Positions 34,750-46,600 of a stretch of 64,000 nucleotides of DNA are shown here, piece after piece. Every line of letters starts with the position of its first letter. Position 1 is the stretch's first letter. The DNA is from Macrostomum hystrix (taxonomy: Eukaryota; Animalia; Platyhelminthes). Location of the stretch: positions 3,844,001-3,908,000 of the forward strand of contig CATNEN010000005.1 in NCBI GenBank assembly GCA_950097015.1, in the 5' to 3' direction. Under the pieces are notes generated by a model. That model was not told the DNA's origin, ran no database searches, and saw only the letters and a list, made by a program, of their open reading frames with translations. The translations under genes were made by a program, and so were the position numbers.

Positions 34750-37050
34750 TTATGTGGGTAAAAAGCGAACTAGGATTAGCATTAGGCATCTGTTGGGCCT
34801 TGGGTTCGCCATTGCAGGTGCACTTTGTGCTCTCGTTGCTCGTGTGCTCTCATTGCTGCAGCTGGAATTGCCGACAAAAAGCGACCTGCAGGTCGTCGTC
34901 GAAGAGAACGCAATTGCAGATGGCGATTACCACACCAGCCTCGCTAATAACATCTAAGCGTTCTGGGACGACAAGAATAACATAAGTCTTTCTCCGATTC
35001 AAGTTCGAGACCTGCAGACGGCAGTCAGGAGAGTCGATCAAGCACTGGTACCAGCGCTTGCGCAAGGCAGCAGAGCAGTGTGGCTTCTGAGAACTTAGAG
35101 ACTCGCCGATAACGGACAAAATTTTCGCCCACTGCGACTCTGAAAGACTTCGGAGAGACCTGCTGCAGACCAGCAACATCTCCTTGGCCGATGTGCTAAA
35201 GAAGGCGAGAGCGAACAACAGGCGAGTGTGATGGAGAGGCCAGCGAAGCCGAAACAGCAACTAGCCGCGCTCAGAAGAGACAGGCAACCACAGACACAAG
35301 AGTCGCCGAAATGTGATCGCTGCGGAAGACCCCGACACTCGATGTGCAGCGTAGCACAGGGTAAGAACTGCAGGAGCTGCGGAAAGCTCGGGAACTTCGT
35401 GCGGGACTGCCGATCTGGACAAGGAGCACCCCGGAACCACGCGAATGTCGTTGCCACGCTGCAGGGCGAGACGGACTACCAAGAGCTCGACGGGCCAAAT
35501 GCGGAATCTTTGAGTTAGACCAGCACAAGCAACCGGCGCAAAAATTAGCTGAGATCAACGACAGCAGACTGCCTGTGCTCATCGACAGAGGAGCAGCGCG
35601 CTATTTGATCAACAGGGCAACGTTCGAGAGTTTTCGACAGAGGCCACAGCTGCGCCTAACATCAGACAAGCTGTTTGCGTATGGATCGGACCGACCGATG
35701 CAACTACTGGGCCAGGCAGCAATAGCCATCAACATATTTGACCGACTAGCAAACGCCTTATTTAATGTGGTGGAAGGCAGATGCATCATCATTATTTGCC
35801 GACAGACAACCACGCACATGGAAATCTTGAGAGTCGGGCTGACTGGGCTGACACCGACTCTCAGCAGACTCTCACACCGACTCTGAGCAGCAGTTGCTCC
35901 AGATATCAGATGCTGAGTCTGCGGTCGACAGTCTCCTGAGCGACACAAGAGCCAGCGGCGTGCCTCAAGGCGATGTGGCGGACAATGGCAAGGTGCTACG
36001 CAGGTACCTCAACGTGTTCAGCGGCATCGGATTCTTCATCGGTGCCCCCGCAAACATCTACCTGTCTGATGGTGCACGTCTGGTCTGCCATGCGCCATCC
36101 AGAGTGCCAATCCACCTTGCAGATGCTGTTGACAAGGAGCTGCAGCTATTGAGCAAATCAATGGCCACGAGTCGCTCGTATGGTCATCGTGCACAAGAAA
36201 GAGCCAGGTGAGGTGCGCATCACACAGGATTTGCGCCACGTCAACCGGTATGTCATCCGTGAGCGCCATCAGATTTGAGAAAGTGACTGGAGACATCATC
36301 GCAAAGGCAGCATCGTCTTCTCCGAGCTAGACATCGCAAAGGCATTTTTCCAGGTACCCGTGGCTGAAGGCTGCTGCAACCTGTTGACGTTCTCGGCGCC
36401 TCGGGGACTTCGACGCTTACGATGTAAATCGGCTGTGCATGGGTCTGTCAACATCCCAGGAGATACTGCAGAGTGTGATGAGCCGAGTGCTAGCCGGGCT
36501 GCGCAACGCGAAATGCATTCACGACAAAGTGCAGGCTAGCCCGCTCCAGCATCAAGTTCATGGAAATGCGGCTGACATCAAGCAGAGTCCAGCAAAGTTG
36601 CCGCTGTCAAAGATTTCAAGGAGCCGGAGACAATCAGCCAGCTATGCTTGTTCCTCGGCCTAGGAAACTATCTCGCAGAATTCACTCCGCAGCTAACCAA
36701 GGTCAGAGAGCCGCTACGTCTGACAAGGAAGAGTGCAGACTGGCAGTGGGGCGCTGATCAGGCCAGCTCCTTCGCTCAGCGCAGTATCGTGGAGCCGAAA
36801 ACTCTGGCCTTCTTTGACCTGCGGCTGTGGTGGATGCTGATCTTGGACGCTGGAACAACCGGACAGGGCGCCATCATCTCGCAGGTTCAGCGAGACGGCA
36901 CTGGACGACTGGCTTCTGGCCTACCGAAACACGCCACATAAGGCCACCCGGCGCACACCGGCCTGATGCTACTGTTGGGCCGGCAGCCAAACGACGTCAT
37001 CCCGGCTGCGCGGCCCTCCCAGCGGGCCCACACCAATGAACGTCAGCTGC
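34750..37050 (+). mobile_element. Degraded Ty3/Gypsy LTR retrotransposon internal region (gag-protease-RT-RNase H fragments)
   Basis: Gag-like RFKFETCRRQSGESI..LRKAAEQCGF; Zn knuckle CRSCGKLGNFVRDC; protease LIDRGA; RT LDIAKAFFQV and MGLSTSQEILQ; RNase H DAGTTGQGAII. All are broken by frameshifts and stops. Confidence 0.8.
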
Positions 37051-39475
37051 GAGAGAAAGACGTCAATGCCAAGGACGTGATGAAGCAATGAGCAGACGCT
37101 TGCAAGACGGCGACCACGATGACATGAAATCCGGGTCAGCGACTCGGTGTTGCGACGGCGAATCAGCGCCAGTAAAACGCAGACGCCATTCGAGAGCGGG
37201 GCGTGGAATGTCGATCGGGTGGTCGGAAACTCGTTGTTGCTGCTTTGCGATGGTGCCACCTGCTGGCGCCACTGCACGGCGGTCAAAGTCGTCAGCCCCG
37301 ATCCGCCCAGCTCTACTGTTGATGGCGCACCGCCAGATCTTCCGCCCAGGGCCGGGCGGCAGGCCCCCGCGGCTCTGTGCCCCCACCACGAGCTGCAGCA
37401 GTATAAGGATTGAGCACTCAGTGCAGGGACTGTTCGTGAATTCATGCTGACGAATTGTTTTGTGTGTGTGTGTCAGTATTTTATTTGAGTTTCTCAATAG
37501 TGCTAGAGTTGCAAATATTTTTCTTTCGTTTTAAATACGTTTCGTAGCGTTTTTTTTCGAAGTCTTTTACTATTTTCTCCCGTCGTGAGCGTGTATTCCA
37601 TTACTATTAGCTCTTACCTACTTACATAGCCTGAATGTACGCTAGGCTATGTACACCTGGCTCCAGGTGCTAATGACCGAGCTTAGGTGGGTTTCTCTCC
37701 CGGCACAAAATATATAGACTTATGCTCAATCAATGTAGAAGGTAGAAGTCAAGCTAGGTACTCGCTACCAAATTTCGGCCTTGGTCTCAGTTATTACACA
37801 CCCCATGTCTGGGCCCTGGCGACTTTATTCCTGCGCTCCAGGTCTGCGCAAAGTTCCCGCGACCTCCCTCGACCTCAATCATCTCTCTAGATTCCCGTGG
37901 GTCGGCGAACTGGGTGTCTCCAGGGCGGATAACGCTACCCTCCCAGTCGGACTCTCTGACCTGAGCCATGAGCCCGTAGGGACACAAGACAGTCCTAAAA
38001 CGCGGCTTATAGAGATCGTTTCAGGACATTTAAATACGAGAATAGCTAAAAATTGGTCTTGCTTATAAGATACGAATCTCGTATGAGATTCAAATTGACG
38101 CCAGATCGTTTGACATTGATAAGACAGCAACACCAAAATGACCCAGAGCTTATCGTTTCTTTTGGACTTAGAGACCAAGTGAAGTTTGAGCTTACATTGA
38201 CGCCGCATGGTACGGCATAGCGAAACATTGGGTGCGCAGCTGTACTTTAGACTTCTGTGCTTAATAAAGAACTTTTTACTGAGTCCAAACCTATTCAATC
38301 CAACTGCCACTAAAAAAGCTAAAAATAACTAGTAGTGGTCCTTGATTCAAACTTTCTAGCTTGGTGATAAGATTAACATTTTGCCAGCTTTGCGAATGTG
38401 AGTCTGCGCCTCCGCCCAGCACCAAGCTCATGCTCATACGCACGAATAACCCGTCACTTAATAGAAAAAAAACTATTTAAGCCACATTTATTCTGTACTA
38501 AAAGTGTAGCGAAAATATTTTTTACAGGCGCTGAAGCAGTTTGTAATTTTAAAAGCAGTTGATTATTCTGTCTAGCAGGTGAGACTTCCCAGTCTCACGA
38601 AGATCGGTGAGTAATGTTGATGATATTCGACACACTTTTGTATACGTTCGTTTACCAATAACAGACTGCTGTCTTATATATAGGTCTGTCCTTAATCCCT
38701 TATAATTGTAAACCTTCAGGATTAGTCCGTCCGTTTTGCACTAACGATTGAATGTCTTAAATTGACTAATTGTCCAATTGTATAAGTTTTTTTAAAACTT
38801 AAATTAGTTCATCTTCAATTCTAGAGATCGATAAATAAGTGAAGCGAGTGAAATCTTACCTTATTTGGAGTTAAAAATGTAATTAGTTTTATGAGTTTAA
38901 ATAGCTTTTCAATCGTGAGTTAGCAGTTATAATTTATAACATGATTCCAGGGACTACGATTTATTCAGAAAAATTTATGATTCCGATTTTTTTAAGTTTC
39001 CTCTGGTCTTAATTTTGCTCAAAGAAAGTCAAAATTTTCACCATAAAATTTACCATAAAACCATAAAATATGCTTAGAATATCACTCTTACTTTCTTAAG
39101 TCCATTTTTCTCGAGAATCTTTAAGAGAATTTCTGGAGTACATTTTAAAGCAATTTTGCAAGAAAATTCTTACTGGCATGTGTAGTGTCTGCTTATTTCC
39201 GCTTCGCTCGCTACCCCAATCTCTAAACGCTATATATTTTCAGATTTCCCCTGCTGCTATTGAACCGATTGGTAGAACACCGACCCCGGTGAATAGTGAA
39301 TAGTCGCTAGCTTTAAATTCCTCACGCTCCAGCTAGGACATTCATTTTATTACACATGTTAGCTTGCAATTCAGCAATAAGAGATGTACACGACATAAAG
39401 GAACAAGCTAAACAACATATATCTCTCGTCAATGAGTAAAGTTAATAGGTTAATTGGTAATAATGTAAATTAAAT

Positions 39476-39830
39476 TTAAATTACTCTAGTTTTTTCACCG
39501 CACCATGATGGCATCAAGTTGTGAACAATTCTTATGGTCTGCTGGAATCTCAAGAGGTCTCGCAATAGAACCGGAGAGTGATAATTGAACCCAAGTAAAT
39601 TCCGCGAAATTAAAATCTTTATTTTGATCTCTCCACGTGTGTCCAGGTCAAACAAATAAACGTCTTCATTGCAAATTGAAATTATGAGTTGTAAGATAGA
39701 ACCTACTTTCAGACTCGCAAGGTCGTTCGAGCATGGCAAGCTATTTAGCCTCTTAAACTGCTACAATACATCTGCCTGGCGTTTCGATAAGTCGATATGA
39801 TGTTGCACTCCCTTGGCATTTAAGCACCTG
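39476..39830 (-). pseudogene. Possible relic exon of a 3'-5' exonuclease (EXD1/Egalitarian/WRN-exo-like)
   Basis: LQLIISICNEDVYLFDL...LLRDLLRFQQTIRIVHN resembles the LQ.AT...VYLFD...L..ILE...I.KV.HD pattern; the upstream frame has stops. Confidence 0.35.
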
Positions 39831-40021
39831 CTGAAAGAAAGAAACATTTGAGACCATAGGGAAACTTAGAAAATCGGATTTAAAAACTTTTCTGCACAAT
39901 CGCCCGTTTTCCGCCCCGAGTATGGATTAGATCCTGCACGATTCATTGTTTCAGATTGAACTGCACATGCTTGCATATTACTTTACTTTCTTTTAGTATT
40001 TTGAGGAACAACACTCTACAA

Positions 40022-40235
40022 GCACACATGCACACATATAAGGTGAGCAGGTACACACTCACACAGGTGTGAACATCTGCCCAGACTTTCTCATCGTCAG
40101 GCAGTGTGCATTCTCACTGCGCCTTGGGGATTGGCCTGATCGTGTGCATAAACAGCACAACAAGCCCCTTAGACTTCTCTCCTGGTCGCAGATTCGAGCT
40201 CAGGGACATTGGTGTGGGAGTCACGCACAAAGCAG
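40022..40235 (-). mobile_element. SINE family A copy (diverged)
   Basis: CACACAGGTGTG..CAGACTTTCTCATCGTCAGGCAGTG..TCGAGCTCAGGGAC match the other copies. Confidence 0.7.
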
Positions 40236-40685
40236 ATTCCTTCTCGCTTTTGTGGCTACTCAGTGAACAAAGCTTGAAGGTATTGCTGGTCATGTTTCAA
40301 AACGGAAAATGTATAATTTACTTTTTTGTATTGCAGTATGGATCATTGGACATGCGTGCCGAGCCTTTCTCTGTTGCCCTTATGATTTTATTTATCGTTT
40401 AGATGCTTCGTTTCGTTCTGAACAAACAAAATCGTTCAGCATCGTCCTTCAAATAGAATTAACAAAAACAAGCGTTGGGGTAAAATTACTTTAGAAATTA
40501 TTCCGAATTGCAAACTTCTGGAAAGGCTACATTATACCACAAGCATCACCTTCACATAATCTTTGTCATGCTACTCGCAGAAGAAATGAACGTTTAGTTA
40601 GCAACAATTTATTGCAAAAGTAGTATTGTAGAGTGCTGAGTAAATAGTTTATGCAAAAAGCTATTTCAATCAAAATTCTTCGCAG

Positions 40686-43600
40686 ATGGCGTCACTGCCG
40701 CCTCCACTCATGCGCTCTGCGTCCGGGGCTCAGCAGGTCAGGCTGTGCAGCGTTCAGATCACAGGACTGGCACCTGGTGTGACACCTGAAAAGCTTCGCG
40801 CAAGCTTTAACCAACGAGCCGGTAGGTTTGTGGTTCTCGATGCGACCAAACAGCGGAATAAAAATGCCTGGTGCGCCTTCCTCAACGAACTCACTGAAGA
40901 GGAGGCGGATGAATTTCAGAGAAAGTGGAACAAAATGACACTTCCCGGAACATCCAACAAAGTAGAATGTCAGGTAAACAGAAGTCGCGACGCTTCTGCA
41001 AAAAATCAAAATTTGAATCCGAAGACCCCTTTCCAAAAGCCGGAGAAAGCAAATGTACAAATACTTGGTCTGCCGCCTAATTCAAGAGCAGAAGACCTGG
41101 CCTCGAGATTAGGACAAAAAGCTGGCCAATTCACGGTGCTTCCTGAGGACAAACAGCGCGATAAAACTTCCTGGTGTGCCTATCTGAACGGTCTCACAAT
41201 TGATGAGGCCAGAGAGTTTCAAACGAGGTGGAACAACCAGCTGATACCAGGAACAGAAACTAAACTAAAATGTCAGGTGCTTTCGAACAGAGAAACAGAG
41301 GAACCCAAAGTAGCTAAAACTTCTCAGCAGCCAAACTGCAGTGTCAAAATTTCAGGACTACCACCAAATGTTTCAATTAGCTTCCTGAAAACAATATTCC
41401 GACAGCGGGCCGATCAGTTTGTTGTGCCTCCTGAATCCAAACAGCGAAACAAGAACGATTGGTGCGCTTTTATAAATGGACTTTTAGACAGTGAAGCGCA
41501 AAGTTTTGCATCTCAATGGGATCTCTACAAAATAAAAGACACCCAGTTTGTCCTGCATTGTAAGGTGAAGAGGCCAGTGAAAGCAACACCCATCAATCTG
41601 AGCAATAAACCTGGCCCTAGCTCAGTCAGTAGCACACTTTTGAAGCAAAGCGAGAGACTCGGGGCAAGTGTTACAAGCTCCATGTCTTCTGTGTGCACAA
41701 CACAAAGCGATTTGCCTAAGAGAAGGGGCACGCTGTGCAGACACAATATCACGGGCACCTGCAAATTCGGTGATGACTGCCAGAACATTCATTTTGCCTG
41801 CCCTTCGGACAAAGATTGCGATGACGATGAGTGTTGTCTAGGACACTCGCCAGGCGTGAAGACAGAAAAAGAAGCGCAGGTGGAAGGAGAAATGCGTCTG
41901 TGCATCTTCTATCGATCAGGTATATGCAAATACGATTCACAGTGTCAATTCAAGCACATCGGTTGCTCCGAAGGTGAAGAATGTGAAGATTTTACTTGCT
42001 ATTTCGGACACCCACTTGGCTGGGGAAGCGCCTTCTCAGATCCCAACGAATGCTCGGTGGACTGTGATGACTTGCAGTGCCAGAAGAGCCACCCGATTGG
42101 TCGGAGTAGGCCTTGCCGATTCGGAGACAAGTGCTTCAATGTCGAATGCCGCTTCTTACACCCAGTCAGCCGAAACATCTGTGATGTCGGAGACATGTGC
42201 GAAGAATTCGACTGCACAAAGCTGCATTCCGCATCACGGAAGAAGCTATGTGGGCAGGAGGCCAAGTGCTCGGATGTCCATTGTGAGCTGCTTCACCCCA
42301 TCAGTAGACAGGTCTGCGAAAACAAGAAGACTTGCTCCGACTTTGATTGCAAGAAGCTCCACGACCATGGAAGATTAAAGAAGTGCCGGTCGGGTTCAAA
42401 ATGCAAGCTTGCATTCTGTCCTTGGCTTCATCCTAAAAATAGAGCTGTTTGCAAGTTGGGTGAGAAGTGTGATCAGATCGATTGCTCTGAGCTGCATCCG
42501 CCCGGAAGAGTCAAGCCTTGCAAGTTTCGAGAGCGATGCTGGAATCAAAACTGCGAAGGACTGCACCCTGAGGCCTGGAATCCATGTCCAGACGGTCTTG
42601 GATGCCGCGATGTTAGCTGCTCTTGTACTCACTCTCCAAGACGACCCGTGCCCTGTCCTCAGGGAAGCGACTGCTCAGACAGGGAGTGCAGCCGCCTTCA
42701 TCCGGAGATGAGCAAGGTTCAGCACGCCTTCAAGCCACTGAGAAGCTCATCGCTCAAATCGGAGCACCAGAGAAGAATCGATAGAGAGGCCAACCAACTG
42801 CCAGTGCTGAGTTGTCGGGACGAATTCCTTCAACGACTCCAGAAGGAGAAAGTTCTGATCGTCAGAGCGGAGACGGGCAGCGGCAAGACCACCCAGCTGC
42901 CACAGTACGCGGCGGAGTACTTCGGAGGCCTCGTTATCTGCACACAGCCGCGAGTGATGGCTGCAATCTCCATCGCTCAGCGAGTGGCCGACGAGTTCGA
43001 CGGATGCGATGTGGGCGAGTCCGTCGGCTTCAAGGTGGGTGGCGACAACAGTACACTGGGCACAGACATTATGTTCATGACGGAAGCCTGTCTGATTCGA
43101 TATTGCCAGGACAACGATTCTTTGAACAATGTATCCGTTCTAATCATTGATGAAGCCCACGAACGATCGCTCAACGTTGACATTGTCCTAGGCCTTGCCA
43201 AGCTCATTCGCAATAAGAGGCCTGACAACTTTTACGTAGTCATCGCATCAGCCACAATCGATCCAAGGCAATTCAGAGACTTTTTCAACTGCGATGTACT
43301 TGAGATTCCAGGTAGAATGCATATCGTCTCACTGGAATATATTCCTCCTACTGCAGAAGGGAACCCAGACAAGTTCATTATTAGCCATCTGGTGCCAAAT
43401 CTGGTTAGAGTGCTGACGACTCACACTGAAGGCTACGCTCTCGTGTTTCTTCCAGGTGAGAAGGAAATCCAGGAGGCAATCAAGGCCTTCGAGCAGCAGC
43501 GAACGGAAGACAACTGGGTCGCGCTGCCTCTCTATGGATCACTGCCAAGAGATCAGCAGATGAAGGTTCTCGACTTCAAGCCCAGTCAAGATTCAGATCG

Positions 43601-46600
43601 CCTGATTGCGTTTTGCACCAACGTAGCTGAGACATCGCTTACCATCAACGGAGTGAGGTTGGTGGTCGACTCCGGACTGGCCAAGGAGTCCAGGTTCGAC
43701 GCAAAGAGGCGCATCACAGTGCTTGAGCTGAAGCAGATTTCACAATCCGCTGCGGATCAGAGAAAGGGTCGCGCTGGTAGAACTGCTCCTGGGCACTGCG
43801 TGCGGTTGTACGCTGAGGAGACAGTGAGAAATGCGCAGTTTATTCCTGAAATCCTGCGTTCATCACTTGATCTGGTTATTTTGCAGCTCGTCAAGCTGAA
43901 GCTAAGGCCACTTGACTTTCCATTTCTCGATAAACCAAGCGAAGATATGCTTGTCTACTCGTACCAGACTTTGGTGGATCTTGACTGTCTGACTAGAGAG
44001 AATTCAGGGCGTCTGTCTCAGGTTGGCGAGCTATTCGCTGAGCTCGGACTCGATCCTCGTCTTAGCGCTTTCGTAGCCAGAGCGCATCAGCGCTTCGATC
44101 AGCTGGGTCTGGCGACTACGATTGCTTGCATTCTCACAGCTCCTGGCAGTCTCTTCTTCCTCGGACGCGACAAAGAGAAAAGTGCGGCTCTGCAGAAGAG
44201 AGCCTTGGAGGTTTTTGGTTACGAAAGCGACATTCTGTACGAGGTCAGCGTTTTCGATTCCTGGGCCTCTTCCGGAAAACTCGTTGGTGGCAGGTGCGCT
44301 GACTGTGGCAAGGCAGCTAGAAAGTTCCAGGACAGCTGTAGGTCGTGCCGTGTTGGACACAGCAACGCAAACAAACTTAACAACAAGGTCATAGAGCACA
44401 TTGACAAGTCACGAAACTCTATCCTGAAAACTATTAAGAAGAGCAGGTGGTTCTCCGAGTGCCAGGTCGAGAGTAACTGCGAGGACGCGGTTTTCGTCGT
44501 GAGCAGCTGCCTTGAGCAAGTACTGCCTGAGCAGGTGTCATGCCTGCTGGTACGGCACCTACCTTCAGAGGGTGTGAAAATCCTCACCTCCGACGTTCGA
44601 GCGCGAATTTCAAACACATCAGTTTTCGCGCAGCGCGCGCAAGACTGCCAGTACTTTATTGCTATGCGAGTGATTCAAGCTGTGTCTGGGATGTACATGG
44701 TGGACTGTCTGCACCCAGTGAGAGATCCAAAGACTATTTCTGATAGACAATCGCACCCACTGCAAACGCTCTTCACTGAGCAAAACGTAAGCGCTAATTT
44801 TTTCAGACTTCTCAAAGATGAGATTTTTAGCAACAAGTCGCAACTCACAGAAGAACAGAGAAAGTGGATTGTTCTGTCGCACAATGCCGACGAAGCAAGC
44901 TTGCACGTCTTCGGTAAAAGCACGGACAAGCAGAAGCTTCAAACTGTTTTAAAGTCTTTATTAATCGACAGGAGGCGTCGCTTATTGAAAGAAGAGACTG
45001 AAGTTGCAATTAAGGAAATTTACAAGGTCACACTCTCTGGTGGCCTTCGAGTGGAAAAATTTATTTTCGTTAAGTCAACACGTTCTGAAAATATCTCTTT
45101 GCGACCACATCAGCATGAAAGCGATGATGGAGAATGCATCGGTACTAGCAATGGCCTAACGCAGCTTCTCTTGACCGCACCCTTTGGCACTGATGAATCG
45201 CAAATCCGCTCAATAAGTGAATCAATCGACAAAATTCGCCATGTCAACAAAAACCGACGCGGTCGCGAAAGCAAAAGCTTTAAAATATTAAACTTGCCTG
45301 CCCATTGGACAGAGGCCAATGTGAAAGAGTTAATAAGCCTTGCTGAGTTCGGACAAGCGAGTACAATGATACATTTTTACCCACCAAAGCAAGCCAGCAT
45401 AGGGTCATCCAGTGCGCTTGTTAGAGTTGGCGGTGCGGATCAAGGCGACTCACTGGCCAGTTTGTCGAAGGTTGTTCAGTCAATTGAGCCGTTTCAAATT
45501 CAGCTGCAAAGAAAGAGTGACGGAAGGCCCTTCACTAAAACCGTTTCGCCAGAAGTAAAGTGCTATGAGGAAAAGGTAACGCAGGAGAAGTTTGACATAA
45601 AGTTTCGCGACTCGAAAAGTGCGATCAGCTTCTTCAACAAGGCTCGCGAGGGATCGATTCCAAACTTCTTAGCCGAATGGTGCGCTTCAGTTTATGTGTC
45701 TCACAGCAATCTGTTTCCTGATCTTGAGGACCTCATTGTACGCTCATTCGATGCCACTGTCACACACGCTGAAAGCAAGAAACCCGATGGTACGCTGGAG
45801 ATCAGACTGTTCGGTCCTGATCATGACAAAACTAATCTTGTGGCTAACAAGCTTCGAGGACTGTTCTTACCGACCACGATTCGCTACTTCTCTAGCAAAG
45901 AGAGGACGCTGTTTTTCGAAATCAAGAATTCTGGCCTCTTCGATCGCTGGATGAACGAGCTGAAGCTCGCGTGTGAATTTAAAGACGATCGGAGCTTCCG
46001 AGTTTTCGGACCAAAAGTAAGCCAAGGCACCCTCATGCGGAACATTGCTGACGAGTTCGCTAAAATCGAGAGTCGATATCGCCTCATTCCCCTGGACGCT
46101 GCCACAGCTCAGTTGTTTCGAAGAGGACTTGCTGGAGACTCGATGTTGAAGGATCTGCAGAAGAAGTGGGATGACAAGTGTTTCATCAAGTTTCTGTTCC
46201 ATAGCTCAGAGATAGAAATTTACGCTCGAAACGATGCACAAGTTATTTCACCTTGTGTCAAGGAACTGACTGATCTAATTAGCAAGCTTGGTGGCAAAAA
46301 GAAATTCGGAACAAAGACTTGCGTCCTCTGCAATTCTGAAACAGCTACAGAGAGTTTCTTTGTATGCGGTCACTCGTTCTGCAGATGCGTCAAAAGCTGG
46401 CTTCAAAGTGCCACGGCGACCCCAATCTGCTGCCCGAAGTGCCAGACGGAGATCTCCATTAATGAAATAAAGAGGCTAGCACTGGACTTTGAAGCCCTCG
46501 TCAAACAGATTGTTGCTCAGCACGTTGCTCAAGATAAGTCAATGGATATCGCTTGCTGTATCGTGAGAGGCTGCGACGGCTTTGTAAAGAAAAACGCATA

